From positions 102,528 to 166,527 of the forward strand of contig CBDIBC010000002.1 of assembly GCA_965276635.1 (NCBI GenBank): DNA of 64,000 nt. Reading direction: 5' to 3'. A program made the position numbers and the translations under genes. Positions 1 to 9,644 of the stretch are shown here, piece by piece (position 1 is the stretch's first letter; each line of letters begins with the position of its first letter). The notes below the pieces were generated by a model. The model saw nothing but the letters and a program-made list of their open reading frames with translations, was not told where the DNA came from and searched no databases. This DNA is from Acidimicrobiales bacterium. Lineage in GTDB: Bacteria > Actinomycetota > Acidimicrobiia > Acidimicrobiales > Palsa-688.

Positions 1-345
1 GTTGCCGATGTCGCGGGTGACCGGCGCCTCGTGACCCTCCCCCGGGCGGTGCGAGACCGTCCGCGAGGACAGCCAGTCGCACGAGAGCCGCAACACCGGA
101 TGGATCGTCCCGTCGGGCGCAGTCCCCCGCGACCGTATGCCGGCGATGCGCTCGAGGGCGTGCTGGTGCCGACCGCGCACGGGGCCGAGCTCCGGGATGC
201 CGAGCTGCGTGGGACCGAGCCGGTGCTGGGCCGCCAGATTGCAGATGAAGTCCCGGGCCACGCGCAACTGCTCGTCGGGGTTCCGGATCCGATAGAACCA
301 GGTGGCGCCCGACACCCGCTCGGACAGGACCGCTTCCCGCGCCAC
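1..345 (-). CDS. hypothetical protein, N-terminal part (gene runs off the 5' edge of the window)
   Basis: Open minus-strand frame (VAREAVLSERVSGATWFYRIRNPDEQLRVARDF...) with GC3 above 90%; candidate GTG start near 345; no recognisable family. Confidence 0.35.
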   Translation of the reverse strand, partial: MAREAVLSERVSGATWFYRIRNPDEQLRVARDFICNLAAQHRLGPTQLGIPELGPVRGRHQHALERIAGIRSRGTAPDGTIHPVLRLSCDWLSSRTVSHRPGEGHEAPVTRDIGN

Positions 346-518
346 CGGGGATGCGGTCAGCAGCGGTCACTGGGGCTCCGGCGATCTCCTCGATCCACGA
401 CAGGACGTCGCCAGGCAACTCCAGCCGCATCTCGGGCAACGCTCAGACCCCTCTCCCCGCAACACGTCCCTTTCTCCGACACTACTGCCGCGACCGAGGT
501 GCGGCCAGGAACGCCTGC

Positions 519-1190
519 CTATGGGGCGCGCAGGGCGGGCAGCGGCCTAGGTGCCTGCTGGGCGCCGGCGAACACGACCTCGGCCCGGGCCAACAGCACC
601 GGGCGCAGGCGGCGGCGGTCGCCGCGGCTCCAGCGGTACAGGGCGTCCATGGCCAGGGCGGCCATGACCCGGGCCAACTCCTCGGTGTCGGCGGTGTCGG
701 GGATCTCGCCCTGGCTGCGGGCTGCATCGAGGGCGACGCCGAACGCCTGGTGGATGTCAAGGCGTCCCGGGGCGGGCCGGGGGACGCCGTGGGCCCAGAA
801 CCCGGCCACGGATCGCATGACTGCCGCCCGGCCGACGGGCTCGACCCGCTTGGCCAACGAAACCATCAGGTGGCGGACCACGGCCAGCCCGGACCGGCGC
901 CCGTTGGTCGCCTTCACCGCCTCGTCGTACATCGCCTCCGCCGTAGCCCACCCCAGTTCCAGGAGGATGTCCTCCTTGTGGGCGAAGTGGAAGTAGAAGG
1001 TGCCCTTGGTGACTCCGGCCTCCTGGACGATCTCGTCGACTGTCGTGTCCTCGATGCCATGTTCGAAGCCGCGCTCGGTCCACAGCCGCAGGGCTGCTCG
1101 CACCAGCCGCCGTCGCGTCGCCTTCGAGCGGTCCTGGGCCAAGGCTGTACGCCGCGGTCCATTCGTCGTCAGTACCGGATCCGATTGCAC
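519..1190 (-). CDS. TetR family transcriptional regulator
   Basis: TRRRLVRAALRLWTERGFEHGIEDTTVDEIVQEAGVTKGTFYFHFAHKEDIL HTH motif; TTG/GTG start near 1190-1193. Confidence 0.8.
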   Translation of the reverse strand: MQSDPVLTTNGPRRTALAQDRSKATRRRLVRAALRLWTERGFEHGIEDTTVDEIVQEAGVTKGTFYFHFAHKEDILLELGWATAEAMYDEAVKATNGRRSGLAVVRHLMVSLAKRVEPVGRAAVMRSVAGFWAHGVPRPAPGRLDIHQAFGVALDAARSQGEIPDTADTEELARVMAALAMDALYRWSRGDRRRLRPVLLARAEVVFAGAQQAPRPLPALRAP

Positions 1191-1256
1191 CAAGGCTGGG
1201 GCTCCTTCTCGGTACCCCGGCGGGCACCATCCCGTGACGTTACTGTTGCAGCAGAC

Positions 1257-1892
1257 ATGGCAGACGACCGTCCCGCCCGCCGCCGCTCGGGCCTCTTGCA
1301 GGACCGTTCCCGCCAGACGCGCCAACGCTTGGTCCGAGCCGCCCTGGACCTCTGGAGCGGCCGGGGCTTCGAGAACGGCATCGAGCAGACCACCGTGGAT
1401 GAGATCGTGCAGGCTGCCGGAGTCACCAAGGGCACCTTCTACTTCCACTTCGCCCGCAAAGACGAGATCCTCCTGGAGATGGGCTGGGAGAGCGCGGAGG
1501 TGGTCGCCGAGGAAGTCCGTCGTTGCCTGCGGCGGGACCGCCCGTTGGCCGATTCGCTTGCCCGGGTCATCGCGGTCCTGGTCCGTCACATCCGGGCTGC
1601 GCCGCCGGCGGCGGTCGGCCGGGCCGCCGCCGAGTTCCGCCGGAACCCTATTGACTGGGGCGACGAAGTGGGGCGGCTGGACTTCGCCTCCGCCTTCGAG
1701 GCGCTGTTTGCCCGGGCTCGGGAGACCGGGGAGCTGGCCGAAGCCCTGGACCCGGCGGAGGCCGGCCAGATGCTGCAGGCACTGGTCATGGACTCGATCG
1801 TTGAGCACGCGTCGGGTCGCGCGGACCTCGGCGGCGCGCTGCGCCGGCGAGGCGCTCTTCTTGTCGCCGGGCTCGCCGGGGGGAGCCACTAG
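1257..1892 (+). CDS. TetR family transcriptional regulator (paralog of 519-1190, divergently arranged)
   Basis: MADDRPARRRSG..TRQRLVRAALDLWSGRGFENGIEQTTVDEIVQAAGVTKGTFYFHFARKDEIL; ATG at 1257. Confidence 0.85.
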   Translation: MADDRPARRRSGLLQDRSRQTRQRLVRAALDLWSGRGFENGIEQTTVDEIVQAAGVTKGTFYFHFARKDEILLEMGWESAEVVAEEVRRCLRRDRPLADSLARVIAVLVRHIRAAPPAAVGRAAAEFRRNPIDWGDEVGRLDFASAFEALFARARETGELAEALDPAEAGQMLQALVMDSIVEHASGRADLGGALRRRGALLVAGLAGGSH

Positions 1893-2014
1893 ATCGGGTG
1901 GTCGCTCACCCAGACGTCGTCGAAGCCGAGCTGCTCGGCGCGCGCTGCGGCACGCACGACGCCACCGGGTGTGATGGCTTTGCCGAGCTGGGGGAGGTAG
2001 ATCCCGAAACGCAT
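1889..2014 (-). pseudogene. N-terminal 41-aa remnant of an LLM-class F420-dependent oxidoreductase
   Basis: MRFGIYLPQLGKAITPGGVVRAAARAEQLGFDDVWVSDHPI then TAG; ATG lies 2 nt after the upstream ACAD stop; the stop overlaps the convergent TetR stop. Confidence 0.45.
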
Positions 2015-2016
2015 CA

Positions 2017-3309
2017 CTACCGGGTCGGGGCGCTCCGGGGGACGTCGCGGAAGGGGGTGTCCTTGTCGACGGTTCGCTCCCGGGGCATGCCGAGCACCCG
2101 CTCACTGATCACGTTGCGGCTCATCTCGGTGGTGCCTCCGCCGATGCAGGCGGCCTGGCGCATCAGGAAACCGACGCCGGCCTGCCCGGCGGCGTCCTCG
2201 TCCTCGTCCCACGCCACAGCCGACGAGCCGGCCAGCTCGAAGGCGATGGTCGACTGGCGGACCGAGGACGTCCCCCCGAACAGGCGGGTCACCGCCGCGG
2301 CCTGGTCGGTGGTGCGCCCGGTCCGGATGCCGTCGGCGATTCGCTCGGTCAGCGCCGGGCCCACCAGCTCGAGGGCCCGGGCCTCGCCGACCAGCTCCAG
2401 CGCGCGAGCCCGGCGGGACGGATCGGCGGTTTCGATGTGCTTGGCCAGGCCCCGAGCCCCGCCCTCGGCGCCGTGGGCCTCGCGCTGGCCAGCGGGGCGG
2501 GTCACGTACGGCGAGCCGCCGGCAACGGTGCGCTCGTGGTACATCCAACGCACCCCGACGCTCCAGCCCTGGTCGACCTCCCCGATGCGATCGGTGTCGG
2601 GGATCTGCAGGTCGGTGATGAACTCCTGGCAGAACTCCTTGGAGCCGTTGAGCATCTCGATCCGGTGAATCTCGATCGCCGGCTGGTGGATCTCCAGGAC
2701 GAAGACGCTCAGGCCTCGGTGCTTGGGAACGTCCCAGTTGGTGCGGGCCAGGCACAGGCCCCAGTCCGCCCACCACGCGCCGGTGGTCCAGATCTTCGAG
2801 CCGTTCATGACCCACTCGTCGCCGTCGCGCACGGCAGTGGTTTGGGCGCCGGCCGCATCGGAGCCGCCACTGGGCTCGGAGAGGAACTGCATCCAGAACG
2901 CCTCACCCTTGAGGATCGGCGGCACAAGCCGGCGCTTCTGCTCCTCGGTCCCGAACTCGAGGATTACCGCCATGCACGGTGTGAAGGTCGGGACCTGGGT
3001 TTCCGACGGGTAGTCGTAGCCGACGACCTCCCGGTTGAGCGCCTCCTGGTGGGCCAAGGTCAGGCCCTGGCCCCCGTACTCCGTCGGCACGCAGATGCCG
3101 GCCAGGCCACCGTCGAACAGGATCCGCTGTAACTCCCGGCACCGAGCGATGCGGGCAAGCTCCTCCTCGTCCGAACGGACGTAGTCCCCCCCGCCCCCCT
3201 CATCACTGCGGGCGGCCGGCGCCATGTTGGCGGCCAGCCACTCGCGAGCCCGCTGGGTGAAGTCCTCTACGGACTCCGTATCGGTGCTGCTCGTCGTGGT
3301 GGTGGTCAT
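2017..3309 (-). CDS. acyl-CoA dehydrogenase
   Basis: MTTTTTSST..; ACAD N, middle (WMQFLSEPSGGSDAAG, GSKIWTTGA) and C-terminal motifs; RBS GGAG upstream of ATG at 3309. Confidence 0.85.
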   Translation of the reverse strand: MTTTTTSSTDTESVEDFTQRAREWLAANMAPAARSDEGGGGDYVRSDEEELARIARCRELQRILFDGGLAGICVPTEYGGQGLTLAHQEALNREVVGYDYPSETQVPTFTPCMAVILEFGTEEQKRRLVPPILKGEAFWMQFLSEPSGGSDAAGAQTTAVRDGDEWVMNGSKIWTTGAWWADWGLCLARTNWDVPKHRGLSVFVLEIHQPAIEIHRIEMLNGSKEFCQEFITDLQIPDTDRIGEVDQGWSVGVRWMYHERTVAGGSPYVTRPAGQREAHGAEGGARGLAKHIETADPSRRARALELVGEARALELVGPALTERIADGIRTGRTTDQAAAVTRLFGGTSSVRQSTIAFELAGSSAVAWDEDEDAAGQAGVGFLMRQAACIGGGTTEMSRNVISERVLGMPRERTVDKDTPFRDVPRSAPTR

Positions 3310-3320
3310 CGGTCGGTCTC

Positions 3321-4442
3321 CTAGGAGGCGGTGGCCACCGGCGAGGTGGCGCTGGCGTGGACGAGCCCACCCAGGCGGGCGGCGTGTTCGGCCGGGGCGC
3401 CGAAGGCGGGGACGTTGGACGTGACCCGGCGCAGGAAGAGGTGGAGGTCGTGGTCGAAGGTGACGCCGATACCGCCGTGGAGCTGGACGCAGTCCTGCAG
3501 CATCTCCGCCCCATGCAGCCCGACGTAGTACTTGGCTGCGCTCACCACCTCGGAGCGGTCGGCGCTGTCGTCCTCCACGGTGTGCGCCGCCCGGGCGGAG
3601 ATCGCGTAGCTGCCTTCCAGCCACATTTTCATGTCCGCGAACCGATGCTTGATCTCCTGGTAGGACGCCAGCGGCCGGCCGAAGGAATAGCGGTGGAACG
3701 CCCAGTCGAGGGTCGTGTCCATGGCCCATTGCATGCAGCCGACGATCTCGGCGACGCCGAGGAGGGCACCCAGGTCCTCAAGCCAGGCGACCGCACCGTC
3801 GGCCGCCGCTCCCTCGGCCACGACGCCGCCGGTTGGGACCCGCACGCCATCGAAATCCAGACGGGCGAAGCGCCTGGTCATATCCAGCCCCTGCAACGGC
3901 GTGGCAGTCAGCCCGGAGGCGTCGCCGGGGACCAAGTAGAGCGCGGTACCGCCGACGGTCCGAGCCGTCACCAGTACGTCGGCCGCCTCGGTGCCTGCCT
4001 CCACCGGTCCGCTGCGGCCACGGAGCGCGATGGTCTCGCCGTCAACCCGGGCGTCGATGGATCCGCAGGCCCATGCAGCGGTACGCTCTCCCGCCAGGAG
4101 CGCGGCGAGGGGTCCGGCGTGCTGTGCCCCGGTGCCCCACCGGCCCAGGGCAGCCGCGACCAGGTTGGTGGGGCCCAGCGGGCCGGGGGCAGCCTGCAGG
4201 CCGAACTCGTAGGCCACGAGGACCAGGTCGAGCACGCCGTCACCGCTCACGCTCCCGCCACCGGCGGCCTCGGGGACGACCAGGGACGTCCAGCCCAACT
4301 CGGCACCCCGGCGCCAGAAGTCGGGCTCGAAGCCGGCCTTGGTCCCGGCCAGGGCGCGCACCTTGGTGAGCGGAGACTGCGCCGCGAGGAACTTCCTGGT
4401 GGTCTCCTCGAACAGTTGCTGGTCTTCGGTGCGGTCGAACAT
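3321..4442 (-). CDS. acyl-CoA dehydrogenase family protein (partner subunit of the adjacent ACAD)
   Basis: MFDRTEDQQLFEETTRKF..; ACAD fold; the YEG position reads AFG; stop lies 11 nt before the downstream ACAD start. Confidence 0.8.
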   Translation of the reverse strand: MFDRTEDQQLFEETTRKFLAAQSPLTKVRALAGTKAGFEPDFWRRGAELGWTSLVVPEAAGGGSVSGDGVLDLVLVAYEFGLQAAPGPLGPTNLVAAALGRWGTGAQHAGPLAALLAGERTAAWACGSIDARVDGETIALRGRSGPVEAGTEAADVLVTARTVGGTALYLVPGDASGLTATPLQGLDMTRRFARLDFDGVRVPTGGVVAEGAAADGAVAWLEDLGALLGVAEIVGCMQWAMDTTLDWAFHRYSFGRPLASYQEIKHRFADMKMWLEGSYAISARAAHTVEDDSADRSEVVSAAKYYVGLHGAEMLQDCVQLHGGIGVTFDHDLHLFLRRVTSNVPAFGAPAEHAARLGGLVHASATSPVATAS

Positions 4443-4877
4443 CCTGGCCGGCTCCTCCCCCTCGGCATGCTGCGCCCGGCGGCGCCGGGGTAATCGTATC
4501 GCTATTGCACAGCGCGCGACATCGGGCCGTCCGGGCCGGCAAGTGGCGGCCCGTCGTAGGTCTCCAGGCTCGTGAACTCCTCGACCCGGTGGGCGGCGCA
4601 GGCGGGTGATCTGCCGCTGCGGCCGGCCTAGCGGGACGGTGCAGGCCAGGACATGATCGGCCAGAAGCCCGAGTATCTCTTTCACCGCGAGTTCCTGGCG
4701 CACCAGCACCGTGGTGATGACTCCGCCGAACCCTGCGGCGCGCGCTGGGGCAGGATGTTGTGGGCAAAGGGGTACACCGAGCCCTCGGCGCTGATGCTCA
4801 GTCGCCCCAGCCCGCTGTCCATCGCCATGACCCGCGTCAGGTCCAGCGAGATGAGAAGTAACACCGGTGCCGCTCGG

Positions 4878-5426
4878 ATGGTGGCTGCCGAAGTGCCGGC
4901 CACGCTGTCGAGGATGAACCGCCGGGACTTCGAAGCTGACGATGTCGAGTGGGCAGCAAAGCTCATGGAGCGACGACGGCAGGTCTGCGCTGGCTACTCA
5001 CCGATGTTTTGGCGGCCAGCAGCTGGGGTGACCGGGCTACACGCCGGGTTCCTCAGCTGCCTTGCCGCCAACCCGGCCAACGTGTGCCTGCGAGCGGAAC
5101 ACGGCTTCGTCGTCGGTCAGCTCCGCCAGGCCGAGTGCTTCGTGGACGACTTCGCTGTCGACGAAACAGGGATCTGGGGTGACGACGGGCGGGATTTGCT
5201 TGACGAGCTGTGGGCGCGGGTCGCAAACGACACGCCCACCACCATGCGTGTCGTGACCGCAAGGGCGGACCGGGACAAGGTGGCAATGCTCACCGCCGCC
5301 GGCCTGATCCTGGCTGAGCAATGGTGGGTCAAGCCGCTCGAATCGACTGCAGCATCCGACACTGCCTCCGGCCGCGTGACAGGACCAGGGTTCTCGGGAC
5401 TGCTCGGTCCAGCTCCGCCGGTCTAG
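4878..5426 (+). CDS. putative GNAT-family acetyltransferase (start uncertain)
   Basis: HGFVVGQ..FVDDFAVDETGIWGDDGRDLLDELWARVANDT..AAGLILAEQWW resembles an acetyltransferase core; weak. Confidence 0.3.
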   Translation: MVAAEVPATLSRMNRRDFEADDVEWAAKLMERRRQVCAGYSPMFWRPAAGVTGLHAGFLSCLAANPANVCLRAEHGFVVGQLRQAECFVDDFAVDETGIWGDDGRDLLDELWARVANDTPTTMRVVTARADRDKVAMLTAAGLILAEQWWVKPLESTAASDTASGRVTGPGFSGLLGPAPPV

Positions 5427-5735
5427 GACCCGGGCGGTCCCGTCCTGCTCGTCGACCGGCTGGACCATGACGGTGACCTCGCCAGCGTCGAGAACGCGGC
5501 TGCCGCCATGGGGACCGTGCTCGCCATCGTCCCTGCCCCTATCGGAGACGACCGTAACCACGACCTTGCCGATCGGAACTGGACCGTGGCCTCCCAGTGG
5601 TACCTCGGCCAGCCCAACTCGATGCAGTAGCGATCGGCTACCGGGGGTCTGGGCGCCCGGGTCCCTCAGAACAGCTCATCGAGCAGGGCGGAGCTGAGCC
5701 TGTCGTCAGCTGTCGCGACGCGGCGAACCGACGGC

Positions 5736-6329
5736 TCACCACACACCTGGGAACAGCCGCCGGCGTCCGGCAGTGAAGCGGCGGTAGGGTTCCCCGAGGG
5801 CGTCGAATAACGTTCGCTCCTCGACATGGATGCGGACGATGAGTCCCACAGTCGGAACGACGACGAGCACGGCGAGCGAGAGCCAGTTCCCCAGCGCCAA
5901 GCCCATGCCCACGAAGGTGATGATCATCCCGCTGTAGGAGGGATGCCGCACCCATCGGTACGGTCCGCGATCCACCACCGTCTGGCCCGATTGGACCCGG
6001 ACATCGACGGTGAAGAACCGTCCGAGCAGGGTGATGGCCCACTGGCGGATGACGATGCCAGCCCACATCAAAATCAGGCCCACCACGAAGGCGGCCCATC
6101 GCCAGAGCGTGATCGCCGCGCCCGGGATACCGCTCGCAAGCAGGAAGGACCCGACGATCCCGGCGGCGACCGACGCGATCACCACCGCCAGGCTGCCGCG
6201 ATCCGAACGCAACCCCTGCCGGTTCAGCAAGCTCCGGAACCGGGTGCGTTGTTCCGGGAGCACGAACCCGCCGACCGTCAAATAGAAAGCGATCTTCGCT
6301 GCGGTGTCGGTGTACGGCAGCGGCGTCAC
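5736..6329 (-). CDS. isoprenylcysteine carboxyl methyltransferase (ICMT/PEMT) family membrane methyltransferase
   Basis: Multiple TM helices; RHPSYSG motif; EERTLFDALGEPY. Confidence 0.75.
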   Translation of the reverse strand: MTPLPYTDTAAKIAFYLTVGGFVLPEQRTRFRSLLNRQGLRSDRGSLAVVIASVAAGIVGSFLLASGIPGAAITLWRWAAFVVGLILMWAGIVIRQWAITLLGRFFTVDVRVQSGQTVVDRGPYRWVRHPSYSGMIITFVGMGLALGNWLSLAVLVVVPTVGLIVRIHVEERTLFDALGEPYRRFTAGRRRLFPGVW

Positions 6330-6374
6330 CCGCCAAGTCTGCCCTTCGCCGCCATTCGTCGCCCAACGAATCGG

Positions 6375-7100
6375 CTAGCTCACTGGTTCGTTGCGGTACA
6401 TCGCCTGGGATATCGCCCAGCAGGCCAGGCTGCTCGGCGTCGTCGTCAGCAGCGAGCGCGGCTGTCCGGGGGTGAATCCCTCGCGCTGGCCGACGCTCAT
6501 GCCGACCATTCCCTCGACGGCCACGTCTCCCATGCCTGCGTCACGCAGGGCGGCGCGCTGCTCGTCGTCGCTGATCCGCTGCGCCTCGATCGACATCCTC
6601 GCCGCGGTCGCCGCGGCGGCGTCGGTCCAGGTCAGGTCGCCGGTCCGTGCAGCGCCTGCACCTGCCGGCCCGTCCAGTCCTCGGCGAGCAGGCGCAGGGT
6701 GGCCACGGTGGCGATGTCCCCCGGGTCGACCCACGGCATCGGTCCTCCAGCCGCCGGACGGTGGTCAACCGCCCGGCCCGCAGGCCGTCGAGATCCATGA
6801 GCAGGTTCGTCATGAAGTACCCACAGCGCAGATGCAGCAGCGCGGTGCCGGTCTCATCCCGCGCTGCGTCGAGACGCTCCTCGATGCTGGCCAGCCGTCG
6901 ACGAAGCCCATGCCGTGGCGTGCCTCGGCGCCGATGCTGCTCAGGAGCACCACACGGGCGATCCGGTTCTGGCGCATCGCCTCGGCTACCCCCAACCCTC
7001 CACCCGCGCATCACCGCGAGCCCCCAGTACCTCCGCGGATCGAGAAGGTGTCGTTGACAAACCGCGCTTGGGGCCGACTCATCTCGCCGTAGCGGGTTCG
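6375..7100 (-). pseudogene. NmrA-family NAD(P)H-binding protein, disrupted by at least two frameshifts
   Basis: RIARVVLLSSIGA (one frame), LHLRCGYFMTNLLMDLDGL (second frame), QRISDDEQRAALRDAGMGDVAVEG (first frame again). Confidence 0.5.
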
Positions 7101-7375
7101 TCCACAGGGAACGTGGCCATCCTCTTGCGGCGGGCGAGGCCGCCATGTCAGCGACAGTACGCCAGTACTTCTCAAGGGCGTCGACCTCGCCTGGGTCATC
7201 CGCCGTCACCTCGACGACGTCGCCGACCAGCTCAACGACCGGCCACGGAGAACAGCAGTCTGTTGGCCGGTTGGCAGCTTTCATAAGATTGGTGCGACCA
7301 CTGCGCGGGCAGGAGATCCGTGATATCCACGAACGGTCGCGGCCGTCGGTCCTGATCCGGCGACGACGGGAGGCG

Positions 7376-8181
7376 ATGCCGGTGGAGACGCTGGACCAGC
7401 GGTTTGACGACGAAGGCGGCGAGATCCGCTGGACGAGCATCGGGGACGGCCCGCCGATCGTGCTCGTCCACGGCACCCCCTACTCATCGTTGATCTGGCG
7501 CGCGATCATCCCAGCGCTCTCAGCTCGCCGACGAGTCTTCCTCTTCGATCATCTCGGCTATGGCCGATCTGAGCAGCGTGAAGGCCAGGACCTCAGCCTT
7601 GCAGCGCAGGGCCGCCGCTTCGCCAGACTGCTGCAGCATTGGCGCCTTGACCCCCCGACCGTCGTTGCGACCGACATCGGGGGCGCCATCGCCCTGCGCG
7701 CTCTCCTGCTCGAAGGCGCCTCATTCAGCGACCTGCTGCTGTTCGACGCGGTCACCGGCGGTGATTGGGAGCGTGGACTGTTCGCGCTCATGCTCGAACA
7801 CACAGAGGTCTTTGAAGCGCTCCCCGGCTACGCCCACCGCTGGTCGCTAGCCATATGCACAACGCCACGCATCTGGGAATTCGTCCCGGCGTGCTCGACG
7901 AACTGCTCGCCCCCTGGCTCGGCGTCAACGGCCAGGCCGCGTACTACCGCCAATACAGCCAGCTGCGTCAAGCCGACACCGCCGAGTACGAGCACCTGCT
8001 CACCGAGATCGCGGTCCCCGTGCGAATCCTCTGGGGCCGGCACGACCAGATCCTTCCCAACTACTACGCCGAGTGGACCGCCTCACGGCTTCAAGACGCA
8101 CCTTTGTTGTGGGAGGACAGCGCCGGGCACCTACTCGCCGAGGACACCCCGGCTCGGCTCGTCGCCGAAATCCTCGCCTAA
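7376..8181 (+). pseudogene. alpha/beta-hydrolase fold protein with one frameshift near 7840 (or an assembly indel)
   Basis: N-terminal part IVLVHGTPYSSLIWRAIIP..FDHLGYGRS in frame 2; C-terminal part VPVRILWGRHDQILP..SAGHLLAEDTPARLVAEILA in frame 1; RBS GGGAGG before ATG 7376. Confidence 0.6.
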
Positions 8182-8231
8182 TCGGCTCGGGGGCCCCGGT
8201 ACCGACCCAACCCGGCCCGTAAGACGATCCG

Positions 8232-8984
8232 TTACCGGGATGAGGTACCTGGTCGCGGGTCGCCAAGCTGGAGGGCCTCGATTGCACGGTCGAGCCATTC
8301 GGCCATGAGCTGTCGTTCGGCGTCGCTCAGCATGTCGAGTCGCGGCGCGACCGCACGGAAGGCGACGGACGTGGCCATCGGCCCGTCGTCCGAACGTTCG
8401 GGCCCATTCGTGAGGATCTGCTGGAGAACTGCCTTGTACATGGCGTCGGCGAGACCGGGATCACGGTGCTTGGGCGGCATCGACAGCAGCGCCAGAATCG
8501 TTCCCATCCCTGCCGCCTGAACGAGGTCGACGGCGCGCTGTTCGCCGACACACAGCCGTCCGGTCAGCGCGACCCGGTGAACTCGCGATTCCAAAACGTG
8601 CTTGCCCGATCGCGCTGCGGGCGAGTGCACCACTCGGTCCGGATCGCTGAGAAGACGGAAGAGGGTCGGGTTAGCGACGCCGAAGTCGATCTGGGTCACC
8701 CATCCGGCGCGCAGATCCTCGAGCGGATCGACGTCATCTGCCGTTGCCGCCTCCACAACCGCAGCTTTGGCAGACACGTAGGTCGCCATCACATGCTCGG
8801 CCACGGCCTCGAGCAAGCCGTCCTTATCGCCAAACAGACGGTAGAGCGTTGGCGCTTGCACACCGGCTCCGTCGGCGACCCCGCGCGTGGTGACCGCCAC
8901 CGGCCCTTGCTCTCGAAGCAAACGCGCTGCGACATCGACGATTTTCGCCCGCATGTCGCTCCGGCTGGTTGTGGCATCGACCAT
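8232..8984 (-). CDS. TetR family transcriptional regulator
   Basis: MRAKIVDVAARLLREQGPVAVTTRGVADGAGVQAPTLYRLFGDKDGLL. Confidence 0.8.
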   Translation of the reverse strand: MVDATTSRSDMRAKIVDVAARLLREQGPVAVTTRGVADGAGVQAPTLYRLFGDKDGLLEAVAEHVMATYVSAKAAVVEAATADDVDPLEDLRAGWVTQIDFGVANPTLFRLLSDPDRVVHSPAARSGKHVLESRVHRVALTGRLCVGEQRAVDLVQAAGMGTILALLSMPPKHRDPGLADAMYKAVLQQILTNGPERSDDGPMATSVAFRAVAPRLDMLSDAERQLMAEWLDRAIEALQLGDPRPGTSSR

Positions 8985-9013
8985 GAACCAAAGCTAACGC
9001 ATTGTTGCTATCC

Positions 9014-9041
9014 CTGTGTTATCGTTGAAACGATCTGAATG
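9014..9041. promoter_or_regulatory. palindromic candidate TetR operator in the divergent promoter
   Basis: ATCGTT-GA-AACGAT (9021-9034), flanked by TTGCTA ... TAGCAA, in AT-rich DNA between the TetR (8232-8984, minus) and the NmrA-like gene. Confidence 0.35.
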
Positions 9042-9056
9042 ATTCCATCGTTAGCA

Positions 9057-9644
9057 ATGAGACTGGTCATGATCATCGTCACCGGAGCCACGGGCGCCCT
9101 CAACGGCGCAACCGTCAATCACCTGCTGGACCGCATACCTGTCGACGAGATCGTCGTGATCGCGCGCAACACGGCCAAGGCCCAGCGCTTGGCGGATCGC
9201 AGCGTGGCCGTACGGCACGACGACTACGCCGACCCGGATTCCCTGCCGGTCGCATTCGAGGGTGCTGATCAGCTGCTGCTGGTGTCGTCCAGCGATCCGG
9301 GTGCTGACGCCGTGAGCCTGCACCGCCTCGCGATTGACGCAGCAGTCACCGCAGGTGTCCGACGGATCCTTTACACGATCCACCAGGGCGCTGCACTCGA
9401 CACCCCGTTCGGCCCGGGCCGCGACCACGCCGCGACCGAGCAGCTGCTCGCCGAGTCCGGCGTCGCCTGGACCTCGCTGCGCAACGGCTTCTACGCCCAC
9501 AGCCTCAACTGGCTGATGGGCCCGTGGCTCGAGACCGGAGTCATCGCCGTGCCCGCCGACGGACCGGTCTCGTGGACCGCACGCGAGGACGCCGCCGAGG
9601 CATCGAGCCGGAGGCCACCCGGGACCGGCTCGGTGAAGGCCTAG
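9057..9644 (+). pseudogene. NmrA-family NAD(P)H-binding protein, C-terminally truncated and fused to an LLM fragment
   Basis: MRLVMIIVTGATGALNGATVNHLL..RRILYTIHQGAALD..LRNGFYAHSLNWLM; only about 190 aa present before the frame changes. Confidence 0.55.

Noticed and set aside
31-996. 321-aa plus-strand ORF
   Set aside because: Low-complexity Arg/Pro/Ala-rich translation with no family signal; it overlaps a well-supported TetR gene on the opposite strand. Typical spurious ORF of 70% GC DNA.
1234-1243. GTGACGTTAC near-palindrome between the divergent TetR genes, as an operator
   Set aside because: Only 8 of 10 positions are symmetric and it is very short; kept as a note, not called as a feature.
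5638-6366. 242-aa ORF overlapping the ICMT gene in another frame
   Set aside because: Out-of-frame overlap; the ICMT frame has TM helices and the RHPSYSG motif.
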